Assembly (NCBI GenBank): GCA_944391135.1
Contig: CALXSL010000010.1
Span: forward strand, 14,225-78,224
From: an uncultured Opitutales bacterium
GTDB taxonomy: Bacteria; Verrucomicrobiota; Verrucomicrobiia; Opitutales; Intestinicryptomonadaceae
Length of the DNA: 64,000 nucleotides
Direction of reading: 5' to 3'
A program made the position numbers and the translations under genes. The notes beneath the pieces are model-generated. The model was not told the origin of the DNA. It was given only the letters and a program-made list of their open reading frames with translations, and ran no database searches. How positions within the stretch are numbered: position 1 is the first letter of the stretch; the number at the start of each line of letters is the position of its first letter. Of the stretch, positions 51,574 through 62,054 are shown one piece after another.

Positions 51574-53268
51574 TTATGCTTTGGGGAAAGATTCTTTCAG
51601 GGTTACGGTCCGGTTGAACACGGGCTTGTCTTGCGACCACAGCTTTTCGTCGGCGACAAAATATGCGTTGCGTTCAAACTGCAGGGGCTGGCCGGCCTTG
51701 GCTTCGAGAAGCGCGGGTTCACCGTAGAACTCGGTTTCTACGAGCGAATCCTTGTTGAAGAAGTCCATGAAGTCGGTGCCGTCTGGCAGGTCGGCCATGT
51801 CCGCGCGCGTAAATAGGACGTCGAGCAGGCGCGCCTTCATCATGACGGCGTAGTCGGCGCTGACCCAGTGGATGGTGCCCTTCACCTTTCTGCCGTCGGG
51901 GGCGTTGCCGCCGCGGCTATCGGGGTCTACGGTGCAAACGAGCTTCACAACATTGCCTTCAGCATCCTTGATAACTTCCTTGCACTTGATTAGATACGCG
52001 TAGCGCAGGCGAACCTCGTTTTCGGGCGAAAGCCTGAAGTACTTCTTGGGCGGATTTTCCATGAAGTCGCCCTTCTCTATGAAAAGGCGCTTCGTAAATT
52101 TGATTTTCCGCGAGCCTGCGGATTCGTCTTCGGGGTTGTTTATCGCGTTGAGCTCGTCAACCTTGCCTTCCTCCCAGTTTTCGATTTCCACTTCAAGCGG
52201 GTCGAAAACCGCCATCCTGCGCAACGCCACCTTGTTTAGGTCCTGGCGCACGCAATGCTCAAGCAGCGCAAGTTCCGTGAGGCTGTTGAATTTCGTGACG
52301 CCGACCGCCTCGCAGAAGTCGCGTATGGATTTCGGCGTGTATCCGCGGCGGCGCATGCCCGAAAGCGTTGGCATTCTCGCGTCGTCCCAGCCTTCCACGA
52401 TGCCTTCGGCCACAATCTGCTGGAGCTTGCGTTTGCTCATCATGGTGTGCGTAAGGTTCAGGCGGGCAAACTCGTACTGGCGCGGCTGGACTTTGTTTAA
52501 ATTCTTCGCACTGGTGTTGTCTATAAACCAGTCGTAAAGCTCGCGGTGGACTTCAAATTCGAGTGTGCAAAGCGAGTGCGTTATGCCTTCTATCGCGTCG
52601 GACAGGCAGTGGGCGAAGTCGTACATCGGGTAGATGCACCAGTCGCCGCCGGTGCGCCAGTGCTCGGCCTTCTTGATTCTGTACATGGCGGGGTCGCGCA
52701 TGTGCAGGTTGGGCGAGTTCATGTCGATTTTAGCGCGTAGAACGTACGCGCCCTCCTCGAATTCGCCGGCCCGCATCCTGCGGAATATGTCGAGGTTTTC
52801 CTCGACGGGGCGGTTCCTGCCGGGAGCCTCCTTGCCGGGCTGCCCGGGAACGCCTCGGTATTCCTTGAATTCCTCGGCCGACAGCGTGCACACATACGCC
52901 TTGCCGGCAAGGATCAGCTCTTCGGCGTAATTGTAAAGCTTCTCAAAATAGTCCGACGCGTAATACTCCCTGTCGGCCCAGTCAAATCCGAGCCAGCGGA
53001 CGTCCTCTTTGATAGAGTCTACAAAACGCGTATCCTCCTTGTCGGGATTCGTGTCGTCGAAGCGGAGGTTGCACTTGCCGCCGTTTTCAAGCGCCATGCC
53101 GAAGTCGAGGCAGAAGGCCTTTGCGTGCCCTATGTGCAGGCAGCCGTTCGGCTCCGGGGGAAAACGCGTATGCACGGCCGAAGGCTGCAAACCCGCGGCG
53201 ATGTCGTTGGCGATTATCTGCCTGATAAAGTGCATGGACCTGTTTTCCGTTTCTTCGCTCATATTCAT
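51574..53268 (-). CDS. glnS: glutamine--tRNA ligase
   Basis: Start at MNMSEETEN (53268 or 53262). [13 protein letters not shown] (HIGH) and MMSKRKL (KMSKS). Confidence 0.9.
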   Translation of the reverse strand: MNMSEETENRSMHFIRQIIANDIAAGLQPSAVHTRFPPEPNGCLHIGHAKAFCLDFGMALENGGKCNLRFDDTNPDKEDTRFVDSIKEDVRWLGFDWADREYYASDYFEKLYNYAEELILAGKAYVCTLSAEEFKEYRGVPGQPGKEAPGRNRPVEENLDIFRRMRAGEFEEGAYVLRAKIDMNSPNLHMRDPAMYRIKKAEHWRTGGDWCIYPMYDFAHCLSDAIEGITHSLCTLEFEVHRELYDWFIDNTSAKNLNKVQPRQYEFARLNLTHTMMSKRKLQQIVAEGIVEGWDDARMPTLSGMRRRGYTPKSIRDFCEAVGVTKFNSLTELALLEHCVRQDLNKVALRRMAVFDPLEVEIENWEEGKVDELNAINNPEDESAGSRKIKFTKRLFIEKGDFMENPPKKYFRLSPENEVRLRYAYLIKCKEVIKDAEGNVVKLVCTVDPDSRGGNAPDGRKVKGTIHWVSADYAVMMKARLLDVLFTRADMADLPDGTDFMDFFNKDSLVETEFYGEPALLEAKAGQPLQFERNAYFVADEKLWSQDKPVFNRTVTLKESFPKA

Positions 53269-53790
53269 AAAATTATCATAAAAAACTACTACAGACAAAA
53301 TACGCGTCAATATAAAACAAAAGCCTCCACGCACCAGCCTAGGAAGCAAAGCTTCCATTCATTGTAACATTGTATCAGGCGCATCTTCCGCATTGCTTCA
53401 CAATCGCTGAACTATTCATTTCTCATATTTTCTTTTATAAGAAAAATATATTTCCTGCTCATTCACTAACGTTCTTTAGCATTGCTGTTAAAGAATGTGC
53501 AGTAATACACCCCCGACACAATATCGCCCGTATTCATCACCCCACTGAGGAGCGCACCCGCGCTCCGAACATGATGCGCCGTTTATCGCGTGTGCATTGC
53601 ACACCGATAAACGGTGAAGCTGCCGTAGTAAGTTCGAGTTTCTGCGTGTATGCAAATAGGCAAAAATCAGCAGCGACAAATATTTCAGCCATGGCGAAGC
53701 AATAGCGGAAGATTCAGAACAACCAAGGTCACTATGCCACGGCGCGGCTCGCGCCTAGGCAGGGAGCGGGGCGGCTATGAGCCCCGCGTT

Positions 53791-54786
53791 CTACAGCACT
53801 TCTTTGAGGAAGTGTTCTTCGGTTACGAAGGCGGCGCGGCCGATTTCCAGGGCGGCATCGATTTTGGCGCCGTACTCGTTGTATTTCCATGAGGGGGAGC
53901 GGCGGCTGCCGACGACGACGTAGTCGGTTTCGAAGTTTACGCCGCGCTGGACCTTGCCACCCTTGTAGAGAATGAGGCCTTCGACGTCCCGGCGGGAAAG
54001 CTCTTCGAATTTTCCGGATACTACGAAGCTTTTCGAGAAGTCTATGGGGGAGTAGTCGAAAACGAGGTCCTGCTGGGGGGAGGCCTGAACGGAGGAAGCG
54101 GGGCGTTCGGGCTTTGTTTTGGGAACGCCGATGAGGTTGAGCTCGTTGAAAAAAGTTTCCTGGCAGGAGGAAATTTTGATTTCATGGCGCTCCTCGATAA
54201 TAATCGTCTTTCTGATTTCCTCGATGCGGGGCTTTGGGCGGGAGGGGGCGGCCCTCTTTTTGGGCGGCGCGCCGAAAGGCTTTTTCATGGAAGACACGTC
54301 GGTCTTTTCGGAGAGAACCTGAAAGAGGCGGGCGCACGCGAGGGCGTCGTCAAGGGCGTTGTGGTGGCGGAAGCTTTCAAGACCGTAATGACGCACGAGC
54401 GCGTCGAGTTTGTGGCTGGGCAGCGAGCAGGTTTTGCGGCTGATACAGAGCGTGCAGAGGTATTCGAAGCTTGGGGGCTCGAGGCCGTAGAAATCGACGG
54501 AGGCCTTCAGGCATGAAATGTCAAAGGCGGCATTGTGGGCCACGACGACATCGGTAAGAAAGGGACGCATTTCATCCCAATACTCGGCGAAGCGCGGGGC
54601 GTTGCGCACGTCGAAGGCGGTTATGCCGTGGATGGAAGTATTGAAAGAATTGAACGGGCTGTCGGGCTTTATAAGCTGGTGGACGGACTCGACAACCTTG
54701 CCGTCCTCGACGCGCACCATGCCGACGGAGCATATGGAAGTGCGCATGCCGTTGGCGGTTTCGAAATCGAGGGCGGTAAAATTCAT
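53791..54786 (-). CDS. DEDD 3'-5' exonuclease fused to C-terminal BRCT domain
   Basis: 331 aa. FTALDFETAN, VVAHNAAFD, HNALDDA. The C-terminus FVVSGKF...VVVG is BRCT-like. Confidence 0.75.
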   Translation of the reverse strand: MNFTALDFETANGMRTSICSVGMVRVEDGKVVESVHQLIKPDSPFNSFNTSIHGITAFDVRNAPRFAEYWDEMRPFLTDVVVAHNAAFDISCLKASVDFYGLEPPSFEYLCTLCISRKTCSLPSHKLDALVRHYGLESFRHHNALDDALACARLFQVLSEKTDVSSMKKPFGAPPKKRAAPSRPKPRIEEIRKTIIIEERHEIKISSCQETFFNELNLIGVPKTKPERPASSVQASPQQDLVFDYSPIDFSKSFVVSGKFEELSRRDVEGLILYKGGKVQRGVNFETDYVVVGSRRSPSWKYNEYGAKIDAALEIGRAAFVTEEHFLKEVL

Positions 54787-54942
54787 GCAAAAAACTTATT
54801 TTAAGTTTTTGAAGCATGTCAAATTTATAGAGCCTTTTCTGTTTAAACGGCGGCAAACCAGATGAAACATTCAATTCAGATAAAAACCCATTTGGCCCAG
54901 CAAGTTTGCGCGCACAACAAGGCATGCGAAGCCTCAAAAGCA

Positions 54943-54954
54943 GGGGGGGGGGGG
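54943..54954. repeat. G12 homopolymer in divergent promoter region
   Basis: cagggggggggggga at 54941-54955, between exonuclease start 54786 (-) and transporter start 55166 (+). Confidence 0.9.
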
Positions 54955-55165
54955 ATTTTTCATGGTCTGTTCTTTGCTGCGCAAATTCATTATTTTTGCG
55001 GCAGAGCAAACGCAGGCAGGCGCCAAAATCGCCTGCCAAATGTCGCCATTTAAAAAGAAAAGGCTATAGATGCAAAAAAGATTGCGCGGGCATGTTGAAA
55101 GGTCTTTATGTATGCAATAAACAAAGAGCGCATAGCCGGAAGGCGGCGCAAGGGGAAACACCGGG

Positions 55166-56164
55166 ATGAAATTTTTAAGGAGAATAGGGCTGGAGCCGTT
55201 CGTGCTGATGCTGTTCGGCTCGATATTCGTGGCGTGGCTTGCGCCGTCCATCGGCATGGACAGAGAGCCTATATCGCTGGGCGACATCGCCACATGGGGC
55301 GTGTCGCTGATATTCCTGTTTTACGGGCTGAGGCTGGACTGGTCGGGACTGAAGGCAGGGCTCGTCAACACGAGGCTGCACATTTTAATACACGTGTCCA
55401 CATTCGTGCTGTTCCCGCTTATCGTGCTGGCCGCCATGTGGCTGTTCGGAGGGTTCGGCGCGGAGGGCAACAGGCACTACCTATGGATAGGGACATTTTT
55501 CCTCGCCGCCCTACCCTCCACGGTTTCATCGTCGGTCGTGATGGTGAGCATCGCTGGCGGCAACATGCCAGCCGCGATTTTCAATGCCAGCATATCGAGC
55601 CTGCTGGGGGTGTTTCTCACGCCGCTTTGGATGGGCATTTTCATAAACAACATAGACGGCATGCACGGGCTGGGCGACGTAATTTTAAAGCTCGTTATAC
55701 AGGTGATAGTGCCGGTCTGCGCGGGCATCGCGCTCAACCCTAAGTTCGGGGCATTCGCGCAGAAGCATAAAAAGAAGCTCAGGCTATTCGACGAGGCCGT
55801 GATTCTGATGATAGTTTACACGTCGTTCTGCAATTCGTTTGAGAAAAAGATGTTCGACGGCTTCGCGCTGTCGGAACTTGCGGTGCTTTCGGCCTGCATG
55901 ATCGCGCTTTTCATTGCGGTATTCGTGATTATCTGGAAGCTTTCGCACGCGATGGGCTTCAGCCGCGAAGACTCCATAACCGCGACATTCTGCGGCTCTA
56001 AAAAGTCTCTGGTGCACGGCTCGGTTATGAGCAAGGTGCTGTTCGACAACGCCGCGGCGGTGGGCGTGGTGCTTCTGCCCACAATGCTGTACCACGCATT
56101 CCAGCTCATCATAGTTTCGATAATCGCCAAGCGCATGGGCGAAAAATCAAAAAACGCGCCCTAA
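55166..56164 (+). CDS. bile acid:sodium symporter (BASS/SBF-like) family transporter
   Basis: 332 aa, about 9-10 TM. LPSTVSSSVVMVSIAGGN is typical of YfeH/SBF-like proteins. Confidence 0.7.
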   Translation: MKFLRRIGLEPFVLMLFGSIFVAWLAPSIGMDREPISLGDIATWGVSLIFLFYGLRLDWSGLKAGLVNTRLHILIHVSTFVLFPLIVLAAMWLFGGFGAEGNRHYLWIGTFFLAALPSTVSSSVVMVSIAGGNMPAAIFNASISSLLGVFLTPLWMGIFINNIDGMHGLGDVILKLVIQVIVPVCAGIALNPKFGAFAQKHKKKLRLFDEAVILMIVYTSFCNSFEKKMFDGFALSELAVLSACMIALFIAVFVIIWKLSHAMGFSREDSITATFCGSKKSLVHGSVMSKVLFDNAAAVGVVLLPTMLYHAFQLIIVSIIAKRMGEKSKNAP

Positions 56165-56198
56165 AAAAGGCGCGTTTTTGTGCTTTATAGAATCTCAA

Positions 56199-58013
56199 CT
56201 ATTTTCTTTTGCGGTATGCCGCAATGCCGAGCGCAAGCGCGCCGATAATGGCCGCAACAGTCGCCGGTTCGGGAATCTGGTAGGTAAATACGAGATAGCC
56301 TTCGGTGTCTATTTCGGCCGCCCAGTTGGTGTCGTCGTAACCGTCAATTATGATGGCCACGTCCGTAACCGGGTTGAAGCCCTGGAAGATGTGGTATCTG
56401 TTGCCCGACTGGGTTGCGAGGTCGCCCTCGAAGCCCGAGAAGCCGTCGAGCACAAGCGTGCCGCCGATGAGGTTCACGTTTCCGGAGTTGCCCACAATCT
56501 TGTCGAACTCGCCCAGCGAAAGGATGTCGATTTCATAGAAGCCGCCGCTGACGGTGAAGTCGGAAGTCAGCGTAAAGACCGTAGCGAAGCCGTCGGCCAG
56601 GTCGAGTCTGCCGTTGGAAAGGTCCACGGAGCCCGTGCTGATTGCGGTTTCGGTCGTGTTGACGGTACCGCCGGTTATCGAAAGCTTGCCTGTGCCAAGC
56701 GCGGTGGCATTCGAAACGATGAGCTCGCCGCCCTTGACGTCGGTACCCGCCGCGTGCGCGTTCGCGCCCGTCAGGGTGGTAACGCCGCCCGCGAGGCGCT
56801 CGACGTTCGTGCCCGCGCCTTCAATCTTGTTGGCAAAAACGAGATTGCCCGAGTGGCTGAAACGCACCGTGCCCAGACCCGTGGCGTTGCCGCCCTTGAT
56901 GGCCGCAAGCCCCGTGCCGTTTTTGAGCGTCAGGGAAAACGACGTGCCCTTGATGTCGAGAAGGCCCTTGCCGCCGCTTCTGCCAAGGTATATGTTGCCC
57001 ACCTGGATGTTCGCGCCGTCATAGACGTTTATCGTGCCGAAGCTGTTGGCCGCATAACCCGCGTAAATGCTGGTTGCGATAAACGAGCCGCCCGTAGCGT
57101 TGATTTCGCCGCTGGAATATGAATTCTTGCCCATGTAGACGGTGCCGGTGTTGATTGTGCCGGTGCCGCTTATGTTGAACTCGCCGTGGTTCATGTTTTC
57201 GAGGCTTATGCCCGCGGTTCCTTCGCCGCCGATGGTCGTGCCGAGCGACGCGGTTATCGTGCCGCCCGAAAGGTTGACCGTACCCTTGGGTGTGACCGAA
57301 CCCGACGCCTGAGAGGCGAGGTACAGGTACCAAGAATTCATCGTGCCGCCGGTCATGTTGAGGGTGCCGGTCGCGCCGATGTTGCCTACGTGGACTGTGC
57401 GCGTCGCGCTAATCGTGCCCGACGAGAGATTGAGAACGCCGACGCCGCCGGTCTGGTTGCCCAAACGCAGGTTGGTGCTCTTAACCGTGCCGCCAACGAC
57501 GTCGAGCTGACCGTAGCCGTTGTTGCCGACATGGATTAGCCCCTGGTTGTTGTTTGTGCCGTTGGTCTTGGCCTGAAGCAGGCCGCCTTCCTCGACAGTG
57601 ACATACCCCCTGCTGTTGACGTCATGGCCGATCAAAAACATGCGGTTGTTCGAAAAAACGATGCCGCCGCCGTCCTTGATGTTTAGATAGGTGCTGCCGG
57701 AAGTTCTGCCCGCAAGAATGGTGTCGCCGGTCTGCGACCCCGTTATGATGCCGTTGGAAATGTTGACAGTGCCGAGGTCGAAGCCTATGTCGGTCAAAGA
57801 CGAATCCTGCCCGTCGTAATTGACGACGTAGTCGCCGTCAATTTTCGCCAGTTCGGCATTGGGAACCGTGCCAGTGTCCCAGTTGAGGGGGTTGAACCAA
57901 TTGCCGTCTCCGGCGGCCCCCGTCCAATTTGCGCCTTGGGCCGTCAAAACGGCCGAAGCCAGCAAAGCTGTCGCGAGCCCCTTGGCCCGCAATCCGGTAA
58001 GATTGTATTTCAT
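56199..58013 (-). CDS. autotransporter-associated beta-strand repeat protein with PEP-CTERM anchor
   Basis: 604 aa with a signal peptide and repeated G-T-(L/V)-x-L/N...GG motifs. The C-terminus is IPEPATVAAIIGALALGIAAYRKRK. Confidence 0.8.
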   Translation of the reverse strand: MKYNLTGLRAKGLATALLASAVLTAQGANWTGAAGDGNWFNPLNWDTGTVPNAELAKIDGDYVVNYDGQDSSLTDIGFDLGTVNISNGIITGSQTGDTILAGRTSGSTYLNIKDGGGIVFSNNRMFLIGHDVNSRGYVTVEEGGLLQAKTNGTNNNQGLIHVGNNGYGQLDVVGGTVKSTNLRLGNQTGGVGVLNLSSGTISATRTVHVGNIGATGTLNMTGGTMNSWYLYLASQASGSVTPKGTVNLSGGTITASLGTTIGGEGTAGISLENMNHGEFNISGTGTINTGTVYMGKNSYSSGEINATGGSFIATSIYAGYAANSFGTINVYDGANIQVGNIYLGRSGGKGLLDIKGTSFSLTLKNGTGLAAIKGGNATGLGTVRFSHSGNLVFANKIEGAGTNVERLAGGVTTLTGANAHAAGTDVKGGELIVSNATALGTGKLSITGGTVNTTETAISTGSVDLSNGRLDLADGFATVFTLTSDFTVSGGFYEIDILSLGEFDKIVGNSGNVNLIGGTLVLDGFSGFEGDLATQSGNRYHIFQGFNPVTDVAIIIDGYDDTNWAAEIDTEGYLVFTYQIPEPATVAAIIGALALGIAAYRKRK

Positions 58014-58325
58014 TAGTATAGTTGGTTGAAGTTGATGGTTGCGATGTAACCAAAAGGGTTATCGGCGTGTCAACAAAAAACTCAAAGGGCTATGGCGCTG
58101 ACAGTTCCATAAAAAAGCGCGAGCTTAAAAAAAGCGCTTTTCGCAGCGGCCCCTCATCCCTTTATTTATAAAGGATGAGCCGCAAACGGAAATATATGCC
58201 TTATTATATAAGAGGGCCTTTTTTAAAGAGCATATTTTTTGCAAAAAATAAATTTTTCGCAAAAACCAAAAAAAACAGTTGACGTTGAGGAGGCAAGGCG
58301 TAATCTCGCAACTTTTCTTTAAATA

Positions 58326-58754
58326 ATGAATACGACAATAGCAAAGAAACAGGAGCAGAAGCAGGAATGGTACGTGATCGATGCCACCGATCAGGTACTT
58401 GGACGCCTCGCTGTAAAAATAGCGAACGTGCTGCGCGGCCGCCATAAACCCATATACACTCCGAATGTGGACTGCGGCGATCATGTTGTTGTAATCAACG
58501 CGGAAAAAGTCCGCGTTACAGGCAAAAAGGAAGAGCAGAAGGAATACATGTTCTACACCGGCTTTGTTGGCGGCGAAAAATATGTAAAGCTTTCCGAATT
58601 CCGCCAGCGCAAGCCCGAGTATCTCATCGAGGCGGCCGTACGCGGAATGCTTCCCAGGAACAAGCTCGCCCGCGACATGTTCCTGAAATTGCATGTTTAT
58701 GCAGGTACAGAGCACCCGCATTCTGCTCAGCAACCCAAACCCTTTAAATTCTAA
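58326..58754 (+). CDS. rplM: 50S ribosomal protein L13
   Basis: 142 aa. WYVIDATDQVLGRLA, HVVVINAEK. Confidence 0.95.
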   Translation: MNTTIAKKQEQKQEWYVIDATDQVLGRLAVKIANVLRGRHKPIYTPNVDCGDHVVVINAEKVRVTGKKEEQKEYMFYTGFVGGEKYVKLSEFRQRKPEYLIEAAVRGMLPRNKLARDMFLKLHVYAGTEHPHSAQQPKPFKF

Positions 58755-58760
58755 TCTGAC

Positions 58761-59150
58761 ATGAGCGAAGTATTTGTTTCAGTAGGACGCCGCAAGACCT
58801 CAGTAGCCCGCGCACGCGTGGCCAAGGGCAGCGGCAAGATCATGGTAAACGACAAGCCCCTGTCCGATTACTGCTACACGGACCAGCTGGCCAATTTGGC
58901 CATGCGCCCCCTCGTTGCGACCTCTTTGGCCGCCGACGTGGACGCGGACATCAACGTCAAGGGCGGCGGCCCCGTCGGTCAGGCGGGCGCTATCAGCCAC
59001 GCTTTGGCCAGGGCCCTCGAAAAGATGGACGCGTCTTTGCGCGCAGTCCTCAAGAAGGAAGGCCTCATGACCCGCGACCCGAGGGCGAAGGAACGTAAGA
59101 AGTCCGGTCAGCCGGGCGCGCGCAAGCGTTTCCAGTTCTCCAAGCGCTAA
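58761..59150 (+). CDS. rpsI: 30S ribosomal protein S9
   Basis: 129 aa. GGGPVGQAGAISHALARAL, ending KRFQFSKR. Confidence 0.95.
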   Translation: MSEVFVSVGRRKTSVARARVAKGSGKIMVNDKPLSDYCYTDQLANLAMRPLVATSLAADVDADINVKGGGPVGQAGAISHALARALEKMDASLRAVLKKEGLMTRDPRAKERKKSGQPGARKRFQFSKR

Positions 59151-59176
59151 TCGCGGAGATTGTTTTTTTCACTGGA

Positions 59177-59211
59177 GCCCTTCCGCGAATGCGGTGGGGC
59201 TTTTGTGTTTT
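59177..59211 (+). terminator. Rho-independent terminator after rplM-rpsI
   Basis: GCCCTTCCGC-gaat-GCGGTGGGGC followed by TTTTGTGTTTT. Confidence 0.7.
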
Positions 59212-59493
59212 GGAGGTCGAACGTTTTTTGACAGGTGTTTTTGGCAAATTCTTCCGCGTTTTCGCGGCGATTGCTTTGACTTCAAAACGGGGAATGCACT
59301 TCAGGTGCCATCTCCGCCTTAAAGCCTTCGCAAGCCTTGCGAATTCCGCAAAATAATTAAGCCAAAAAGCGCTTAGGGCAATGAGAATGAAATTCGAACT
59401 AACCACCAGTCAAAAACCGTTCGGCCCCGGAAAAATTTTTACGATATAATTTGTTAATAGAGGCGCAATGCGCGCCGGAAAGAACTATAAAAG

Positions 59494-60516
59494 ATGAAGC
59501 TTAAAGCTGGAATAGTGGGCGCGTCGGGGTACGCGGGAATAGAACTTGTCAGGCTGCTTGCCAAGCATCCGGACGTAGAGCTTGCATGCGTTACGTCGCG
59601 CAGTCTTGCCGGCACGAAAGTTGCCGACAATATGCCCGCCCTGCGCCACCTGCTGGCCGACGACATGAAGTTCACGGAATCGTCTCCCGAAGCGCAGGCC
59701 AAGATGGACGTGGACGTGTGGTTTCTGGCCCTGCCCCACGGCGCGGCGGCGGAATACGCCAAGCCGCTCATCGACGCGGGAAAGACAGTCATAGACCTTT
59801 CGGCCGACTTCCGGCTGAACTCGCTGGACATTTACAAGTCTTACTACAAGGAAGACCACCGCGCGCCCGAGCTTCTGAAGCTCGGCAAATACGTAATCGC
59901 GGAACTCTTTCCCGTGTCGAAGGGCGACAAGCTGATCGCATGCGCGGGCTGCTACCCGACTAGCATACTCACGCCGCTCATCCCGCTCCTGCGCGAGGGG
60001 GCCGTGGGAACCGAAGGCATCGTGATAAACAGCTACAGCGGGGTTTCCGGAGCGGGCAAAAAGGCCGACCTCAACCTCATTTACTGCGAGCGCAACGAGA
60101 GCGCGAAAGCTTACGGCCTCGTGTCGCACAGGCATCTTTCGGAAATCGAGGAGGAGCTGGGTATAGCCGCAGGCAAAGACGTCGTGGTGCAGTTCAACCC
60201 GCACCTGGCGCCCATGACGCGCGGCATACACACCACGATCACCCTGCCCGCCAAGGTTGAGGGCGTGGAAAAGATTTACGAAGTCTGGAACAAATACTAC
60301 GCCGGCAGGCCCTTTGTTAAAATCCTCAAGGGCTACCCCGACACCCAGCATGTAAGCAACACGAACCGCTGCGACATTTCGGCGTTCTACGACCCGCGCA
60401 CGAAGAACATAATCATATGCTCGGCCATCGACAACCTCATCAAAGGGGCGAGCGGCCAGGCGGTGCAGATTATGAACCTCATGTACGGCTTTGACGAAAC
60501 CGCCGGGCTTGCGTAA
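59494..60516 (+). CDS. argC: N-acetyl-gamma-glutamyl-phosphate reductase
   Basis: 340 aa. GASGYAGIELVRLL, and the catalytic Cys context ACAGCYPT. Confidence 0.9.
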   Translation: MKLKAGIVGASGYAGIELVRLLAKHPDVELACVTSRSLAGTKVADNMPALRHLLADDMKFTESSPEAQAKMDVDVWFLALPHGAAAEYAKPLIDAGKTVIDLSADFRLNSLDIYKSYYKEDHRAPELLKLGKYVIAELFPVSKGDKLIACAGCYPTSILTPLIPLLREGAVGTEGIVINSYSGVSGAGKKADLNLIYCERNESAKAYGLVSHRHLSEIEEELGIAAGKDVVVQFNPHLAPMTRGIHTTITLPAKVEGVEKIYEVWNKYYAGRPFVKILKGYPDTQHVSNTNRCDISAFYDPRTKNIIICSAIDNLIKGASGQAVQIMNLMYGFDETAGLA

Positions 60517-60756
60517 AATGCAAAGCGCAAAAGAGAAAAATCTTTCACTTTATTGCGCGCGCAACGCGCGCTCTATTGGCGCGTCAAAATGCGCCTCAGG
60601 CGAGGCTTTGAAATAGTGCGGCGGTGGGAGCGTACTTACGTACGTGACCAGTGGCGCACTGTTTCAAAACGAAGCATCAGGCGTATTTTCACGCGCCCCA
60701 CCCCCAAATAAATGATTGATATATACGAATCTTAAGACATTATATTTCCTTTTAAA

Positions 60757-61995
60757 ATGAAGAAGAACTTTACAGTCCATACCACCGAAGACGTCCCCGG
60801 GCTGGGGATGGTAGGCGGATTCAAAGTTGCGGGCGCCGCGTGCGACATCCGCAATAAAAACGACCTCAAAAGGCTCGACGTAGCCCTCATAGTTTCCGAG
60901 ACCCCTGCGACGGGCGCGGGCGTGTTCACCACGAACGACGTCAAGGCGGCCCCCGTGCTCACGGACATGGCGCATCTTTCTCGCTCCGAAAAAATAAAGG
61001 CTATAGTGGCCAACAGCGGCAACGCCAACGCCTGCAACGGCGAACGCGGCATGGCGGACGCCATGGCCATGTGCAAGGCCGTCGCCGAACTTGTAGGCTC
61101 CAAGCCCGAGCAGGTGCTCGTGTGCTCCACGGGCCGCATCGGCGAATTCCTGCCCATGCAAAAAATCGAAAAGGGCGTAAAAGACGCCTTTGAAAAGCTT
61201 TCCGACTCCGAAGAGCAGAGCCGCAACGCGGCGGCCGCCATACTCACTTCAGACACGCGCCCCAAGACGGTGCTCGTGAAAGTCGAGTTCGCCGGCAAGA
61301 CCATAACGCTCGCCGGAATGGGCAAGGGCGCGGGCATGATAGAGCCCAATATGGCGACAATGCTCGCGTTCATAGCGTGCGACGCCTCCATCTCGCAGAA
61401 GCTTCTGAAGGAATGCCTGCGCTTTGCAGCGAACAAAACTTTCAACCGCATTACGATAGACGGCGACATGAGCACCAACGACACCGTCCTTTGCCTGTGC
61501 AACGGCTCCAGCGGCGTTGACGTTGACGAATCCGACGCGGCGGCGATTGAGGCCTTCAAGGCCGGGCTGCTCGAAGTTTGCAGGATTCTCGCGCGCAAAA
61601 TGGTAAGCGACGGCGAAAAAATCACGAAGGTGATCGAAGTTAAAGTAACGGGCGCGCGCGACGAGGAACAGGCGGAGAAAATCTGCCGCGCAATAGGCAA
61701 CTCGCTTCTTGTGAAATCGTCGTGGTTCGGCGGCGACCCCAACTGGGGGCGTCTCGCGGACGCCGCAGGCTACGCGCGCACAGGCCTCGACTTCTCAAAG
61801 TTCGACCTTTTTTACAACGACACTGCCGTGCTCAAGGGCGGCGAGCAGGTCGTGGAAAACAAGGACGAATGGAGGCGCATAGTGTCCAACAAGACATTTA
61901 CAATCACGATAAACCTGAACCAGGGCTCGGCCGAAGAAGTTATCCTTTCGACAGACCTCACCGACGGCTACGTGAATTTCAACAAGGGCGAGTAA
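60757..61995 (+). CDS. argJ: bifunctional glutamate N-acetyltransferase / amino-acid acetyltransferase
   Basis: 412 aa. GKGAGMIEPNMATMLAFIACDA (autoprocessing ATML site). Confidence 0.9.
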   Translation: MKKNFTVHTTEDVPGLGMVGGFKVAGAACDIRNKNDLKRLDVALIVSETPATGAGVFTTNDVKAAPVLTDMAHLSRSEKIKAIVANSGNANACNGERGMADAMAMCKAVAELVGSKPEQVLVCSTGRIGEFLPMQKIEKGVKDAFEKLSDSEEQSRNAAAAILTSDTRPKTVLVKVEFAGKTITLAGMGKGAGMIEPNMATMLAFIACDASISQKLLKECLRFAANKTFNRITIDGDMSTNDTVLCLCNGSSGVDVDESDAAAIEAFKAGLLEVCRILARKMVSDGEKITKVIEVKVTGARDEEQAEKICRAIGNSLLVKSSWFGGDPNWGRLADAAGYARTGLDFSKFDLFYNDTAVLKGGEQVVENKDEWRRIVSNKTFTITINLNQGSAEEVILSTDLTDGYVNFNKGE

Positions 61996-62054
61996 CGGAA
62001 GCCCAGACGGGCATCCCCGCAAAAAAGCGTTAAACAATTCAAAAAAACTCCACC

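Noticed and set aside
53370-53705. 111-aa plus-strand ORF in the glnS upstream region.
   Set aside because: It has no RBS or start context, a low-complexity and odd composition, and crosses the hairpins. The region is treated as noncoding.
60517-60756. The 240-bp argC-argJ gap with GC palindromes (TTGCGCGCGCAACGCGCGC) considered as an ArgR operator or attenuator.
   Set aside because: I could not recognise an ARG-box-like pattern. The evidence is too weak to report as a feature.
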